DNA of 60,685 bases, filler included, from Sphacelaria rigidula (lineage: Eukaryota), in NCBI GenBank assembly GCA_964200075.2. It is 6 parts of 6 records of this genome, joined end to end, with 100 filler letters (N's around TTAATTAATTAA, not from the genome) between each part and the next. Parts side by side here need not be neighbours in the genome. Positions count along the whole stretch, not along the records: positions 50,657 to 60,685 come from CAXNAA020007294.1; 5 more parts are not named here. One strand, given 5' to 3'. Shown piece by piece: positions 60,601 through 60,685 of this stretch (its first letter is position 1; every line of letters starts with the position of its first letter). Under the pieces are notes generated by a model. It ran no database searches, was not told the origin of the DNA, and saw only the letters and a program-made list of their open reading frames with translations. The translations under genes were made by a program, and so were the position numbers.

Positions 60601-60685
60601 CCGATCCGCCGGTTAACCCTTAGACCGCGAGGTTAGTCTTCTGTTGAATCGGCATCAATTTCAAGTGAGGAGAAGTATGCATGAT

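Overview
Eukaryotic, repeat-rich nuclear DNA, most likely from a brown alga (Phaeophyceae). This is inferred from EsV-1-7 repeat proteins, short exons in long TE-filled introns and long low-complexity protein inserts. The window is not one locus. It is six contigs of 10032, 10032, 10031, 10031, 10030 and 10029 bp joined by artificial 100-nt N/TTAATTAATTAA/N linkers, so nothing can be inferred across linkers. Contig 1 (1-10032): end of an EsV-1-7 zinc-finger-repeat gene plus nested MITEs. Contig 2 (10133-20164): four internal exons of a BLTP2/Hobbit/SABRE/FMP27-type lipid-transfer protein. Contig 3 (20265-30295): a second EsV-1-7 repeat array and a decayed hAT transposase. Contig 4 (30396-40426): the last five exons of gamma-tubulin (minus strand), with a GC-AG intron and a diverged copy of the terminal exon. 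Contig 5 (40527-50556): decayed Ty1/copia and LINE elements. Contig 6 (50657-60685): an intronless, disrupted XPG/XRN-like nuclease plus Cys-rich finger ORF resembling an Academ (AcademX) transposon, with CAG..CTG non-autonomous elements that may be its derivatives. The best leads are the Academ-like element with its candidate MITE family, and the position-specific variation in the 38-aa EsV-1-7 repeats. All family calls come from motif recognition; no database search was run.
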